Assembly: GCF_030684315.1 (NCBI RefSeq)
Contig: NC_081362.1
Location: forward strand, 54,463,744 to 54,527,743
From: Stegostoma tigrinum
Taxonomy: Eukaryota
Direction of reading: 5' to 3'
DNA: 64,000 bases
The notes below the pieces were generated by a model. The model saw nothing but the letters and a program-made list of their open reading frames with translations. It searched no databases and was not told the origin of the DNA. A program made the position numbers and the translations under genes. How positions within the stretch are numbered: the stretch's first letter is position 1; every line of letters starts with the position of its first letter. Shown here piece after piece: positions 37,096 through 50,764 of this stretch.

Positions 37096-40000
37096 CTGAT
37101 AGGTAATTATAGGCATTTATATTTTAAAAATTCTGAGGGGGGATAAAACCTAATGTATAGCTTTACATTTTAGAGTTGGAGTTGGTGAGTGCTTATGCAT
37201 TTGTTCTAACTAGTGTTACCAGCATGAGCATCTTGCTACATTCAAGACAATCAAATTATAGTTTTAATCTTGATATTGTTTTCTTCTGAATTTTGGATCA
37301 CCTGATTAAACCACAGTGGTAAAGTAGAAGGTTGAGCTCTGATCCATGTCATTACTGGAGTGACTATCGAGTAAATTAGTTTTGATAACACGCCACCATT
37401 ACAATGTGATGTTACTGAAATTTTCTTTTCAAACAACTCTGTTCTGGTTTATTTAAATATTTAATTGATAATGCAGTAGTATAATGCTGTGCATTAAAAC
37501 AATGGGTACAACAGCTTGAGCTGATATTGTTTAATTTCTTTTGAAGTTCTGAATCACCACCAATCAGAGCTGCTAAAGGTGAGAATCAATAAAGTGTCAA
37601 TAGGGATTGCAAGTAGACTTGAGTTGCTGTATTTTTTTTGATATCACTACAAAATATTTGAAGACAATGTCAATCATTTATATATTTAAACTATTGATTT
37701 TGATCATAAAAATGTGGTTAATGGCATGATTTTACTCGAAATTTGGGAGTGGAAGTCAGATTGAAAGGATTAAAACACAGTGCTTGAAGAAGTGGCTGTG
37801 CAACTGGGTAATAATGTGATAGAAAAGGGGAAGGAGGTATGTTAAATAATTGAGAGAATAGAGAGATTAGGATGGACAATAAGGAAAATGAGGTTTAAAG
37901 CTATGAGGAGGTGGAAGGCTGCTGTGAGTAGAAAATAACTAAAAACTGATAAGAGACAACATAGTATGGAGCTGGAGGAACATAGCAAGCCTGCTGTATT
38001 CCTCCATCTCCAGCATCTGCAGTTTTTGCTATCTCTAATATCTGAACCCAGTAGTTGGTGATATTTGGAAATTCCCTATACTTCTCCAAGGCAGGTAGTT
38101 TACATGGTCAGGAACTAACTCAAGAAAGAATCAACAGAATGGCTTACTGCCAACGTAGAACAGATCAGTCTGATCAGGATTTGGGCAAAACAGTGGAGAA
38201 AATAGAGGATACTCCTGAGGCTAGAACTGGATAAGGAGTTTAGGGGCTGCGAGATGCCAAATGGATAATTTCAATTTTGGAAATAAAGAAATAATTAACT
38301 CCTTGCACACCTGAGGATAGTGAATTATGAAGAGGAGAAATTTGTAGTTCATGAAATTGATGATATTGTTTAAAATGCTTGAAACCCCTTGTGGTTTTTA
38401 GTCAATGTACTTAGCAACAGCAGTTTTCCAATTATTCTACTGACCATTTTCCGTGCAGCGTTAAGGAAATGGTGCCTGTTCAGGAGCATAGGATTGATTA
38501 GTATTTATTCTATTTGCCAGGACTGCTAGTATGTGTGTATGGCTTGTCAGAAAAAAGCAATAATGTTCCGTGTGACAGGGGAACTGATAGTAACTAATTT
38601 GAGCCTAATTTGCATCCATTAGTGGTGTTTTAGCTTGTATTCTTGGCAGTGATCATTTTATTCTCTCACTTTTAGAGTCAAGAATAGAAATCCTGCTCTA
38701 GAATCTGTTTGAAACTTTGGTTGCTTGGTATTTACAGTTTCATCTAGAGCTCTAGGTTTAATCAGAACCATGTGGAAGCAAATTTTTGGTGATTCAGATT
38801 ATGAATAGTATTTTTAGAGTATGTAAATATTAATATGACAAATGTGATGCAGAAGTTAGAAGATAAGAGCCAGATGTAATTTTCTGAAATTGACGTAAAT
38901 GTTAACAAGAAATTCAAACATATAACTTGCGAATGAGGGGAGCTGTTAAGATGCTACATTCTGTCCACTTGCCTGTGTACCTCCAGAAACCCAGACCATA
39001 AGATTTGAATAAGAAAATAGAGGTCTTTGAATTGTGGATCCTAAACCACGTTAACAATTCAATATGAAAGTACGCTTAGATAAAGAAACGTAAGAAAATG
39101 CATGAACAAAAGAAACTGTACAAAGTGACACCCAGAAAGGAAAGTTTCAGTTTTTCGAGCATTTAATAAGATCTGAAAAGCTGCAGAGATTCTTTCCGAG
39201 GGAAAAGAGATCAACAGACAGAAGGGCTGACCTGCATATAGTTGGATACTGGTTGTCACAGAATGGTTGCAAATAGGTTGCAGTGGATGTGTGAAGATGG
39301 CGGAAGACAGATGAGGATAGCATAATGACGGCAGATCTGGCTGTAGTAGTTACAAACAGCAGCAGTAAAAATTGAGGGAGCACTTTCAGGTCAGGGTATC
39401 CTGATCTTAAAAATGGCATTCTAACTACACGTCATTTCCAAGTCCAGTGGACTCTGTCCTATCCTTTACGTGGATATCATTGTGTTTATGATTGCCCATT
39501 TTAGTTTGTATAGCAAACATTTAGCCGTGTTTGCACTCCTAACCACCTGCCAGTTAGGGTCTGTTGAAATGTGTCTTTATGTGACTTCTGTTTATGTCCT
39601 TCTGCAGCAATTAATATCGTATCAGCTTGAAGGCCTTCTTCAGATTTTAAAGCAACTTGCAATTTGTAAGAAACCCAAAATACACCAGTCTCTTGTTCCT
39701 GGTACTGTGTCCCTTTTTTTATTATATCTGCAGCTGGAAAGAACATTATCCTACAGCTTTATGTAACAAGATATATATTAATGAAATTAGTCATTTTCTG
39801 TACCTGTGATGACCTTCTCAGGAATTCTTTACTCAGTTGACTTTTCCAGATGTCACTTTGTAGAGTTCGTTTTGCTTGCGCAATTTCATGTACCACTTCT
39901 TCACTGAAACAGTTAACATCTGTGATATTCATGGATAATTTGCAGCCTATTTAGAGATGAAATGCAGTTCCATTTGTCAGGGCTTATACCCTGTTCAAAG

Positions 40001-40789
40001 GTAGGTGGATCCCATAATAGGAGTGTTATAGTTAGTTTGAGTTGTTCCAAAATAACTTGTTTGACAACAAATAATGATATTTGCTATGAAGTGTAGAAGA
40101 TTGTAGGTTAAATATCTTTTGCCTTTTCACTACTTGGCATGAATTGCTTGTATTTAAGGAAGTATCTCGCTTTGTATTTGCAATAGACATGTTTTTTTAA
40201 AAATAATGGTTACGAATTAAGTACTTAGAATGGACTTTGTGTAGCCACGTCACAGTCAAGATGATGACCACTGCACCTGTTCAAAGGTTAGGTTTTTCCT
40301 CTTTCAGAACTATGTATATTTGTTGCCTGCAGTAATCAGAACAATGAGCAGAAACTAAGGATCATTAAAAACTGTTTTATGTGTGTGATTAATAGTTTAA
40401 CAGCCTGCCTAAACTGTGACTGTATCTGTTCCCACACATCTTGTTTCGCTAGTTTTGAAGAATGCATCCTGTGGGGGAAACAGAAGCTTTGAATTTTTTC
40501 CATTAAATGAGCAGAAAAGTGAGGGAATTCCTGTAGATTAAACAAAAAAATACATTTTCTTTTAAAATTTCAATTTTATTCTGGATATGAAGATCTTTTA
40601 AGTTGGATGAGGCAAATCCAGAGTTATCTGACTCAGGAAAACTCTCTGGCTGTAAATCTCCATTATCAGCCAGCAGTGTGGTTCTGGAGTCAAGTCAGTC
40701 TCTGACCATTTTTAAAGCATGGAAATACCTCTAACTAAACCATAGAGAACGTCTATTGTGACTGTGACGGTAGTCTACTATCTTCTTTA

Positions 40790-40920
40790 TTCTCAACTGC
40801 TCTGTAGCCCAGTCGGCCCTGAACTGATCTTACGACCCTATATCCTCTTCATCAGTTTCCACCTCCGTCTCAGTCCATCCAATACTAAAACACTCGACAT
40901 TGTTTTTATCACTTTCAGAG
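40790..40920 (+). mobile_element. L2 LINE remnant
   Basis: PELILRPYI..FHLRLSPSNTKTLDIVFITFR resembles the L2 RT C-terminus (ELSF.PHI..YFHLR..LS...ETLIHAFVTSR). Confidence 0.45.
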
Positions 40921-41169
40921 CCTGTAGTGTGTTAGACGAGAGCCATGCATCTCCGAGAACCATCATTGAAATTTCAGTGGTTGCAAAGAACACGCAGCTC
41001 TCTGTAGTAATTCCTGACTCGTGTCTTGCTAGCCTTTATCTGCTGTGCTTAACAACTTATCACAAACAGACACTCAAGAGGGGGCCCTTGCAGAGGATGA
41101 TCTAGAGGAGTAAGTTACACCCTCTGACGTAAATTCTAGGATATGGACAAAGGGACCATGTCAGCCAGC

Positions 41170-42195
41170 AGTGGAACCTAGTGCACCTAGAGCAAAGGAA
41201 GAAGGTTGTCATTATGGGAGGTCAGTTGTCTCTGTCCCAGGAGGTCATCAGGGTTGTGTCCTATGCACAAACAACTCGGTGCTGTAGCAAAGACCTTATG
41301 TCCGTAATAATTCAGAAGTGGGGATATTTGCTGATGATCACACACTGTTCAGCGCCATTCACTACTTCCCAGACTCTGAAGCAGCCTGTGTGCATTTGCA
41401 GCAAGACCTGGACAATGTCTAGGGTTGGCTTACAAGTGGCTAATCACATTCACACCAGACACTGAAAAAGAGAATCTAACGATTGCCCGCTTGATGTTCA
41501 ATGGCATTGTCACATTATCTTTGCTAAATGCCCCACTAATAACATCCTGTGAGAGGGGAACCCCTAATCAGAAGCTGAACTGGACCACTCATAATGCAAT
41601 GACTACAAGGGCAGGTCTGATGTTAGGAATTCTGTGGCGTAGTCTCCCCAATGTCCATCCACCATTTACAAGGCATGACTAAGGATTGTGAAGGAACACT
41701 CTCCACTTGCCTGGGTATGAGTGCAGCTCAAGGTTGACACTATCCAGGACAAAACAAACCTGCTTGATTGGCACTCAATCCACAACTTTCAATGTTAACT
41801 CCCTTCACCACAACATACACTGCTGTCATGACATCTGTCTACAAGATACACTGCTGTAACTCACCGAGGCATGTCTTGTTGCACTTTCCAACCATGTGCT
41901 GTCTACCACGTAAAAGGACAAGGGAAACAACTGCATTGAACACGAACACTATCTCTTGCAAATTGTCCAAGCTACACACCATCTTGACTTTCAACTACTT
42001 TGTTGTAATTTTACAGTCTTGGGTCGTAACGCTAGAACTCCCTTCCTTAACAGTACTGTGGGTATCCTTAAACCCTTCAGAACTGCAGTGCTTCAAAAAG
42101 ACAGCTTTCCACCACTTTGTCCAGGTCACTTAGGCATGAGCAATAAATGCTGGACCAGCTAACAATGCCCACATCCCACAAATAAGATTTTAAAA
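41170..42195 (+). mobile_element. Second CR1-group LINE family, 3' portion
   Basis: gatatttgctgatgatcacaca (IFADD) through to the tail gcaataaatgctggaccagctaacaatgcccacatccca. Confidence 0.8.
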
Positions 42196-42329
42196 ATCTG
42201 AGACTACGAGGGAGGTCTCCAGTGGCTTCAATCTTAAGTGTGAATCAGAATGTAAACCCAGTATCCCATCAGTGAGCTACTGGGTTTAACCCTCTATGAT
42301 AATTGTTAGCCTTCAATAGAGGAAGCCAT

Positions 42330-43692
42330 TAAATCACTGAAAAATGAGACTGCAGAAGTAATAACGAGGAAGAAAGAAATGGCAAATGAACTGAATACGT
42401 ACTTTGCATCAGTGGAAGACATCAGTAGCATACCAGAACTTTGAAGGCTGGGGGCAGAGGTGAGTAGAGTTGCTATCACTAAGGAGAAGGTGCTGGGAAG
42501 CTGAAAGGTCTGAAGTGGATAAATCATGAACTGGATGGACCGCACCCCAGGGTTCTGAAGGAGATATGAGAAGGTTATTGAGGCATTGGTGATGATCTTT
42601 CAGGAATCATCTGAAGTCAGGGAGAGCCCCAGAGGACTGGAACATGACAAATGTAACACCTGTTTAAGAAGTGAGGGGGGCAGAACACAGGAAGCTATAA
42701 GGCCAGTTAGCTTCACCTCTGTTGTTAGTAAGATTTTAGAGTCCATAAGTAAGGATAAGATTGTGGAGACTTGGAAGTGCATTGCTAAGTAAGGCTGAGT
42801 CAGCGCAGCTTCATCAAGGAATGGTCATGCCTTACATATTTGTTAGAATTCTTTTGAGGAGGAAACGTGCAAGTTAGACAAAGGAGAGCGAGTGGATGTG
42901 ATCTGTTTGGGTTTGCAAAAGGCCTTTGACAAGGTGCCACGTGGGGTGGTTGCTCACTAAGATGAGAAACCATTGTGTTACGGGCAGGATTCTGGTATGG
43001 ATAACTGGCAGAGGGCAGAGAGTTGGTATAAGAGATGTTTTTCAGGATGGCAGGTGGTGACCGGTGGAGTTCCCTGGAGGTCGGAACTATTCACATTATA
43101 TCATCATTAACAATCTGGACAAAGGAGCTAAGAGTACTGTTGCTAACCTTGCAGATGATATCAAGATAAATGAAGGGCCAGGTAGGGTTGAAGAGGTGAG
43201 GAGGCTGGAAAAGGACTTGGACTGGCCAGGAGAGTGGGCAGCACAGTAGCTGAGTGGTTAGCACTCACAGTGCTAGTGACCTGGATTCGGATCCGTCCTC
43301 GAGCGACTGCCTGTCTGTGTCTGTCATACTTTGTGCGTTCTCCCTGTGACTGTGTGGGTTTCACCCACTTGCTCTGGTTTCTTCCCACATCTAGCACTGT
43401 GCAGTTTAGGTGAATTAGCCTTAGAAAATGCAGGATTACAGGGATAGGAGGAATTTGTTCAACCTGAGAGTGGTGACTGTGTGGAACTTGTTGCCACTCT
43501 CGGCTGGGGAGGCCATGTCATTGTGTGTATTTAAGATAGATACATAAGTTCTTCCTTAGTAAGGGGATCAAAGGTTATGGGAAGAAGACACGAGAATGAG
43601 ATTGCAAAATACAACAGCCCTGGTCGATTGGTGAAGCTGGCTTAATGAGCTGTGTGGCCTAATTCTTTTCCTATATCTTATGGTCCTATGGA
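42330..43692 (+). mobile_element. CR1 LINE, decayed, interrupted by a SINE
   Basis: RPVSFTSVVSKILESI; NLADDIKI; 3' UTR near 43690. Confidence 0.85.
43236..43450 (+). mobile_element. HE1-like V-SINE, decayed
   Basis: gggcagcacagtagctgagtggttagcac..ggattcggatcc..gtgggtttc..ggtttcttcccacat. Confidence 0.75.
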
Positions 43693-44214
43693 CATATAAA
43701 CTCTTTGAAAGTCTTGCCACATTTCCACATGTTTTGTATCTCCAGCATCTCTCTTCTAACTGAAGACATCAGAGACTCCCCATCAGCCAGTTCCGCAATT
43801 GTGCTGTTCTTGTAACGGTGTGTGTAACTCATCCAGCCACATAGATAGTGAGGTATCTACAGTAGGAGTAGATGCTGTGGCAAAACATAATGGTGTACTT
43901 CTTCCGCCTCAGTCATCCTCAGGGGTTAATGTGGATCCTTCAGCCTGGAAATTATAGTTGCCAATGTTTCACAAGTGAGGGTATTAAAACAAATACGAAA
44001 GTGTCTGTGATTTTAGCTGAATTCCTCCACATGCACCCTCCCATGGAGAATGCTAAAAAAAACTCTAAAAGTTCACCCCCTCTGTAATTGAGACACATTC
44101 CTCCTCAAATGCTATAAGCCATAAAAGTAAGCCCATCGATACTTCCTGCCCCCGCACCCTTTCCCAACACTGTTTTCCCCTCTTCTTGATTGTTACAACA
44201 ATTACAATAATTCC

Positions 44215-44980
44215 AAATTTCCAGGTGTCACAAAAATAATTGAGAGTGTAAGATGGGATGAAGATGCTAGATGTCTTCAAGCAGACTTGCACACGCTAAC
44301 TAAATAGGCAAGAATGTGGCTGGTGGAATATAACTTAAATGTATAAAGTTAATCATTTTGATTTTTAAAAGTTATATTATTTAAATGGCAAGAGGTTGGG
44401 AAGTGTGTTGTCCATGTGACCTGATTGTCCTTGATCATGAGTCACTAAAAGCGAGCATGCAGTCATGCTAACATTGACATGTAACAGTCAATAAGAAAGG
44501 CAAATTGTTTGTTGATCATCATCACCAGTGAATTATATTGCAGAATTGCTGTTATTGTATAGAGCCTTGCTGAGTCTGCAGCCAGTGAATTATCTGTAGT
44601 TTTAGTCTCTTTCTTAAGGAAAGATCTAGTTGCTATAGAGTAAGAGCAATTGATGTTCACAAGACTAATCCCCACAATGGCAGAATTATCAAAGGAGCAG
44701 AGATGGAGGAAACCAGGCCTGTATTCTCTCGAGTTTTGAAATATGGAAGGTAGTCTCGTTGAAATGTTTAAAATTATTGTAGCATGACAGGGTGGAAGTA
44801 AATAGAACATTTCCCTGGGTGGTGAATCTTGAACCAGGGATATAATCTCCGAATAAGGGGTAGCCCATTCAAGATGGGGATGAAGAGGAATTTCTTCACT
44901 CAGGCTGGTGAGTCTTTGGAATTCTCTGCCTCAGATACTATGGAAGCTCAGTCACCCAGCATGTTCAAGGCAGAACAGTA
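44215..44980 (+). mobile_element. CR1 RT C-terminal fragment
   Basis: ttccaaatttccaggtgtcacaaaa..gatgaagaggaatttcttcactcag..tggaattctctgcctcag. Confidence 0.75.
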
Positions 44981-45136
44981 AATTAAGCTCTGTCTGTTCT
45001 TTTGAGTGAATGTAAAATGTTCCAGGCCATCATTTGAAAGAGCAGGAGGTTCTCCACATGCTTTGGCCATCAATAATTTCCAAGTCCACATTATCAGAAA
45101 TGTTATCCGTTATGTATCTCTTTCTGCTTGAGGGGC

Positions 45137-45832
45137 TTTTATGGACCAGACCACACCTGACCCTCAAAGTATGGTATGGAGATAGCCTAGACCTCAACTT
45201 TTATACTTCTAAAAAGCGAGTGGAAGGTAGTGTATTCCAGATATGATTCATTTGGTCTACCATTAAGCTTTAATCAAAACGCACTTTTTTTTATTTTAAC
45301 TGTGTTGTAGGAATAAAGAAGATTTGATGTAATGGTACTCTATTGAAATACTTAACAAGATAATGTAACATTTAACGACTAAACATCAAATGTTCCGAGA
45401 AAGGCAGCATCCCATAAACACACCTTTTGGCAAAGGTGATTCAGTAACAAAATTATTAGTCTCATGTGATGTCTCTCTCCAGTCCAGAAGAGAGAAATCT
45501 GAGGAAACAATCTGCCCATTTGATTTTCTTTTAAGAAGCCTCTCTGTCTTCGTGGAAGCAGCAGCAAACTCGAGCTTCCAGTTCCAGCAGCTAGCAAAAG
45601 CTACCAACTAACTAAAAGCAACATCAAAATTCTTTTTCGGTCTGTGTGAGCTTGACTCTAACTGCTCATGATTCTTTTATCTTATCTCTTGAAACAAAAA
45701 CTACTCAGGGAGAACTCAAAGCTATTTACCACTTGCCTGTCTGAAAGAAATATTTTGACACCATGTGACAACACCCCTCTGCAAAAGAAACAGGGCAGAA
45801 CATGTATCTCTTAAAGTCACTGTATCATCATA
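45137..45832 (-). mobile_element. Possible solo LTR
   Basis: About 700 bp non-LINE insert beginning ttatggaccagaccac and ending cttaaagtcactgtatcatca, with tttatt (AATAAA on minus) at ~45290. Termini are eroded and no clear TSD. Confidence 0.4.
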
Positions 45833-47638
45833 TGTGCCTCGCTTTGTGCAAACTATCTCTTGTTTCCCTTGAGTAACAACAGTTGCAATATTTCAAAAAC
45901 ACTTCGGGAACCTCTTTTCCTCAACGCACTTGTTTTTTTAAAAAAGCCAATGCATGTTATTTGATTTTGTTTGTTGGAATTTAGTATCCAATAATGAAAC
46001 TTAAATTTGTGAATACTCTTAAGTGTTTCTCTCTGTACGTTAGAAGTCTATGATTAGCTTTCCTCTCAAATTGCTGCAGTACTCGTGGCGATGGTATTGG
46101 AACAATGGTGTTGGATAGGGAATTCCAGACTTTTGAGCTTGTGATGAAGAAACAGTAATGTACGCCCAAGACTGGATGTTGTGTGAGTTAAAGATTTGCT
46201 GTTTTTGTTGTTTGTAGTAAAGGCTGAGAGATAGCTAAGTGCTGAGCCTGGTAGATGTTGGGAGAGCCTTTAAGGGGATCAGGAAAGTAAATGGTCATAG
46301 AATGTTCAGTCTCTGCTATGCTTTGGGGCCAAAATGTTGATATGTTTGGCCCTGTTAAACTTATGGTCAGATCCCAGCTGCTACAAACTTGGACGAGACT
46401 GATAACTTCTAAAACGGTACTTGAACTTCCGGTTATTATGTAAAATAATGACATCACAAGATTTTATATTTTAGAACTTCTGATCTATCAAATGACTAAA
46501 GACATACTCTTGATTAAATACTCATTGATTTATGGGCAGCTCATACATTAAATTACTGAAAGTGATTCCCTATTTAACTTTTAAGACAACAGAAAATCTT
46601 CCCCTAATGGATATAAATTGCACTTTTCTTCATGCTTCATGCAAGAACTAGTCCAAATTATTTTCAGCTCGGTGATTTACTTCCTTTTAATTTCCTAGCC
46701 AGGGAACTCCTGTTACAGAATAGACTTTCACTGCATGGGTTACCCTGTAGACTCTTCCCTTTGGCCCAAAAAAGGAGAATTTTCCAGTCTCTCTAAATCC
46801 TCATGAACTAAATTTTTTCAGTCTGAGTACAGGCTCTCGCCCATGTTCTGTATGGTGAACAACAAAGTCAGCGGTTTGTGTTTTGGGTGTAGGACTGCCT
46901 ATGTCTGTTGCTGTGTACCTCTCAGATGGTTACAGACCAACTCAAACATTAGGCAGACAGCAGTTTGTTTATGGATTGGTAGAGAATCCTGTCCTTGATG
47001 TTAATAGTGACAACAATGCCCTCTTCCCCGTGGCAGTGTGAAACATATAACATTGTATGAGGTAAAAATGCTAATTGACTATTTTTCATTCCAATTCCTT
47101 TCATCTTCGTTTACAGCACAAGTGTTTACAACCCATAATCTGTCACATCTTTCTGAGACTTCGGGGGACTTGCCGTTAATTCAAGGTGTACCAGAAGCTG
47201 CCTCTAATGCCTGCAAATATCTTGTGTCCTCTCAGAAAGACAATCTGATATCTCCTTTGACCTCTAACCATCAAACTACCCAGGCTGCTGAATGTGCTAC
47301 ATGAGTCCCTTTCATTTACCCTAAATTTGAAAATATAGACCAAAAATCTATTCATCTGATAGACCACAAAATACAGTTCCAAAATGTCACAATCTTATAA
47401 AGCTCAACATTGTAACTTCAAGATGTTGAAGAGGGAATTGGCAGGCATTTTTCTTGCTTGGACATTGGTCTGGCATTTTTGTGATACAAAACTATTGGAA
47501 TTCATCAGTTCTTTACTATGCAGGGAAATACAAGTGTTAAATCTTGGAGAAAAACTGTAACAATAAAATGAATCCCACAAATGCATGTCTAGTGTTCAAG
47601 ATTTTCTAAAGAGTCCTTTCCTTGTTTCTTTTCTGCAG

Positions 47639-47745
47639 GATCTATCCCATTAAGGATGTTCCAATAGAGAGTGAGGCACTAACTAAATGGCTTTACCAGC
47701 GATTTGTAGAAAAGGATGAACTTTTGGCACATTTTTATGAAACAG
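47639..47745 (+). CDS. LPGAT1: LPGAT1 penultimate coding exon, 107 bp
   Basis: Acceptor cttgtttcttttctgcAG, donor G|GTGAGT. Translates (R)IYPIKDVPIESEALTKWLYQRFVEKDELLAHFYET(G), like LPGAT1 IFPIKDVPLETDDLTTWLYQRFVEKEDLLSHFYETG. Phase joins the previous exon (AG+G = Arg). Not in the ORF track. Confidence 0.96.
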
Positions 47746-48819
47746 GTGAGTTCTGCCTAACTGCTTGAGATGTGTAAAGGACATAAATTTTACTCTTTTG
47801 TAACTGTCTGGAAACTTTGATTCATCACCACTGACTCCCAGGTCCTGTAAGCCCTTGTAAACACTGCACTGAAGTTCACCAGATCAGTAAAAGACTTTAT
47901 CTATCCACATGATAGGGGAGTCACACAATCTATAGCAGCTTTTCTACCACATTTTAATCAAGCTGGAAGCTTTCTGGTTAGAAGGGTTTGGCTAGCCACT
48001 AAATAATGTTATTAAGATGTTGACTGCCTGAAAGAAGGTGGCTGATAGATTTTATTCTGAAATTTTCTGCATGCCAGGTCTAACTTCACTGAAGTGAACT
48101 CTGAAGTTTCAAATTATTTTTATCAAATGTAAATACATCTGTAGTCACACAAGAATAGAACACTTTTTCAACAGAACAAATGCCGATTCTATGTACTTCA
48201 TGATTACTTTTGTGCCTAGTTCATGAGAATTTTGGCATTTATGGTAATTGAATCAGATTGTATGGATGGACCCCTTGATTATACGGATGACATTGAGCAA
48301 CACTGGACCCTAACATTATCATGACCATGCTTTTGGGTTGGGTTGTGGAAGATAAGTTTTTTTTTTAACCTCATTTCTAAATGTAATTCTTTTGAAGGCT
48401 TGAAAAAGAGAAAAAAAGTTTATCTTTTGGATATCATGTTAATCCTCACTGTGGCTGGAAATTTATATATCTAGTGGTATTGTTTAATTTTTGAAATGTG
48501 AAAGTTATCCAGAGTACTACTAAAATAAAAGAATTAAAGGATTGAATACTGGAATTGAGTAATAACGTTTCAGATTGAAGTATATTAATTACTGTTTCCA
48601 AGCATAAGTAGGGGCTACCAAGTTAGGTCACGATTTGAATATTGTCTGACCCAGAAGGATGATCTTTGTGAATCACAAGCATACATTAAGATCAACACTG
48701 CTGAACTTCAAGGAAAGCTTCAGAGTGTCTTTGCCTGAAACACTGACAATTTGAGAATTGAGAAAACAAGACACTGTAGAGGAGATACTTTTCATTTTAT
48801 ACTGACACTATCCAGTCCA

Positions 48820-50000
48820 TCTTAGTTGGTTTTGCAGACGTGGTGGCTTCAACAAAGAGACTTTGTTTAATAGTCTTCTCATTGAATCCAGAGAATGTAG
48901 AGCAGGCACTGCTGGTGGAATTTCTTTATCATTGTTATTTATCACTAATACACAGTCCAAGTTTCTCTGCAGTGCAGGAGTAGAGACAACAAATGTTCTG
49001 TATACCAATTTCTTTTTTGATTTGCAGAGATCTTTGTTAGACAACATTTTGTAGCTGTAATTTGTAGAAGTCTGTGCTCCTGTATTGGAGAATAAAGCTA
49101 CTCTATTTTTGGCATTCACAACTCCTCTTCCCATCTTTCTGTGATAACTTTCTTTTCTGCCCGGTGGTGGCAACTTGGCTCTCAATATTCGTTGCAGTTC
49201 TCTTTCTGCACTCCTATTTTACCATCCGCAAATGCCCTGGTATTCTGCAGCCAACGGATTCACTGCTTCTTCTGTGTGAGGGAATATGAGGGAAATTGCT
49301 CCTAGTTTGCTTTTAGGCTACCCATCAGGAAGATATTGCTGATCTGTGTGTGATCATGCTGCGTCCTGTTAGAGCCAGTTATCTATTAGCCATCCTTTAC
49401 TGCATGATGTTGATAGAACAAATATAAATGACACTGGAGATGTGAAGCATCTGTGCAAAATGCAGTAGGTGATATGATTAAGATGGTGATAAATTGCTCC
49501 TGCAAAATTGATGCTGCTGGCTTGTAAACACACTAGTCAAGTTGGACCACAGACTGCAGCTGATACAGGCTTGACATCTCCCTACATCACGCAATTGATC
49601 AGGCACCTCGTCTCTACTGCACCACTGTCAATGACTTACCAGTTCTGCCAACAGCAGTAATGTTGCCTGCTTCTGGGTCCACCACTGGCACCCATGCTCA
49701 GGTGACTAAATTCTGTCTTACCTTTTCAGGGACAAGTGAATGAGTTGTGCAGCAAAATCTTCGACCATTGATCAGTCATTATTGTGCACAATCTCCAGAA
49801 CAATCAAGGGATCTGGGGGACAGTGTTAAACAATGGTGACGTCCAGATCTGCACCCTCAGCCCTTTTGTGGCTCTAATAGTACACTCAATTTCTTTCTTG
49901 TTCTGTGTTGTAATATTCTGAAGTATTTGAATCATTGCCTGAGGCTTTGAGAATTTTGAGATCTGTATATAGTGGTGTTCAGCCTCTTGGGAAAGCACAG
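48820..50000 (-). mobile_element. Decayed RTE-clade LINE
   Basis: Minus strand LSNKDLCKSKKKLVYRTFVVST..ETWTV..IKKFHQQCLLYILWIQ resembles RTE TKL.VYRAVVLSTLLYG.ETWT..L..FHQRCLR.IL.I.W. Confidence 0.65.
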
Positions 50001-50764
50001 AGCAGACAACAGCTGTGGCTCGGTGAGTGAATATATTTGACAACACAGAACAGGCCGGTCTGGAGGAAAAATTAAAAAAAAAACCCAGCCTGAAAAGAAC
50101 ACAATCCAAACAATCTTGATAATTTCTGTTGCAAAAGTAATAGATGTGGAAAAGATTGAAGTCCAACTGTGATGGTTCCACTGATTAAAATAGTTGATAG
50201 CTATATGCTTTCTCATACAAGAAAGTGATCACATGGATCACATTGCAGCCTTCAAGAAATTTGGGGGAAAATATTTGAAGTAGTTAAAATTTTTAATAGA
50301 ACTGTTTAGAAGTAATTTTAATATTTGCAAATAAAGATAGAGTGACATTAAGGCTACTGATCATCATTATCTCTGTGGAGTTTGTGGAAACTGAGCTTTT
50401 GCACTGCAGTTTCTCAAATTAGTTCTAGCTTATCTTCCAGAGAGAATATTATGTCACATTAATCTGCACACAAATTGGGATACAAGCCTTTGCTATGACT
50501 AATTTTGTTGTAAATGAAATTGAGTAGCATTTGCTTTTTGTTTTGTGATGATACAAGAAATTACCTTGCACACAACAAGAAACTGTAAAGAAGGCAAAGT
50601 AAGTGAAGACCTCACTACAGTAGAGTACCTTTTATATAGGACAAAATGTTGACATTTATGTGTTGGATATTGGCAGAAGAAATCATATTTTGAAGTTTTC
50701 CATCTGGCATTCAAGGACAATACGCAAGAATTAGCAGGTAAACAGAAAACAGCATTAATGCTGA

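Noticed and set aside
42253-42288. 11-bp inverted repeat taaacccagta/tactgggttta
   Set aside because: Short, single, and lying between TE fragments; no functional support.
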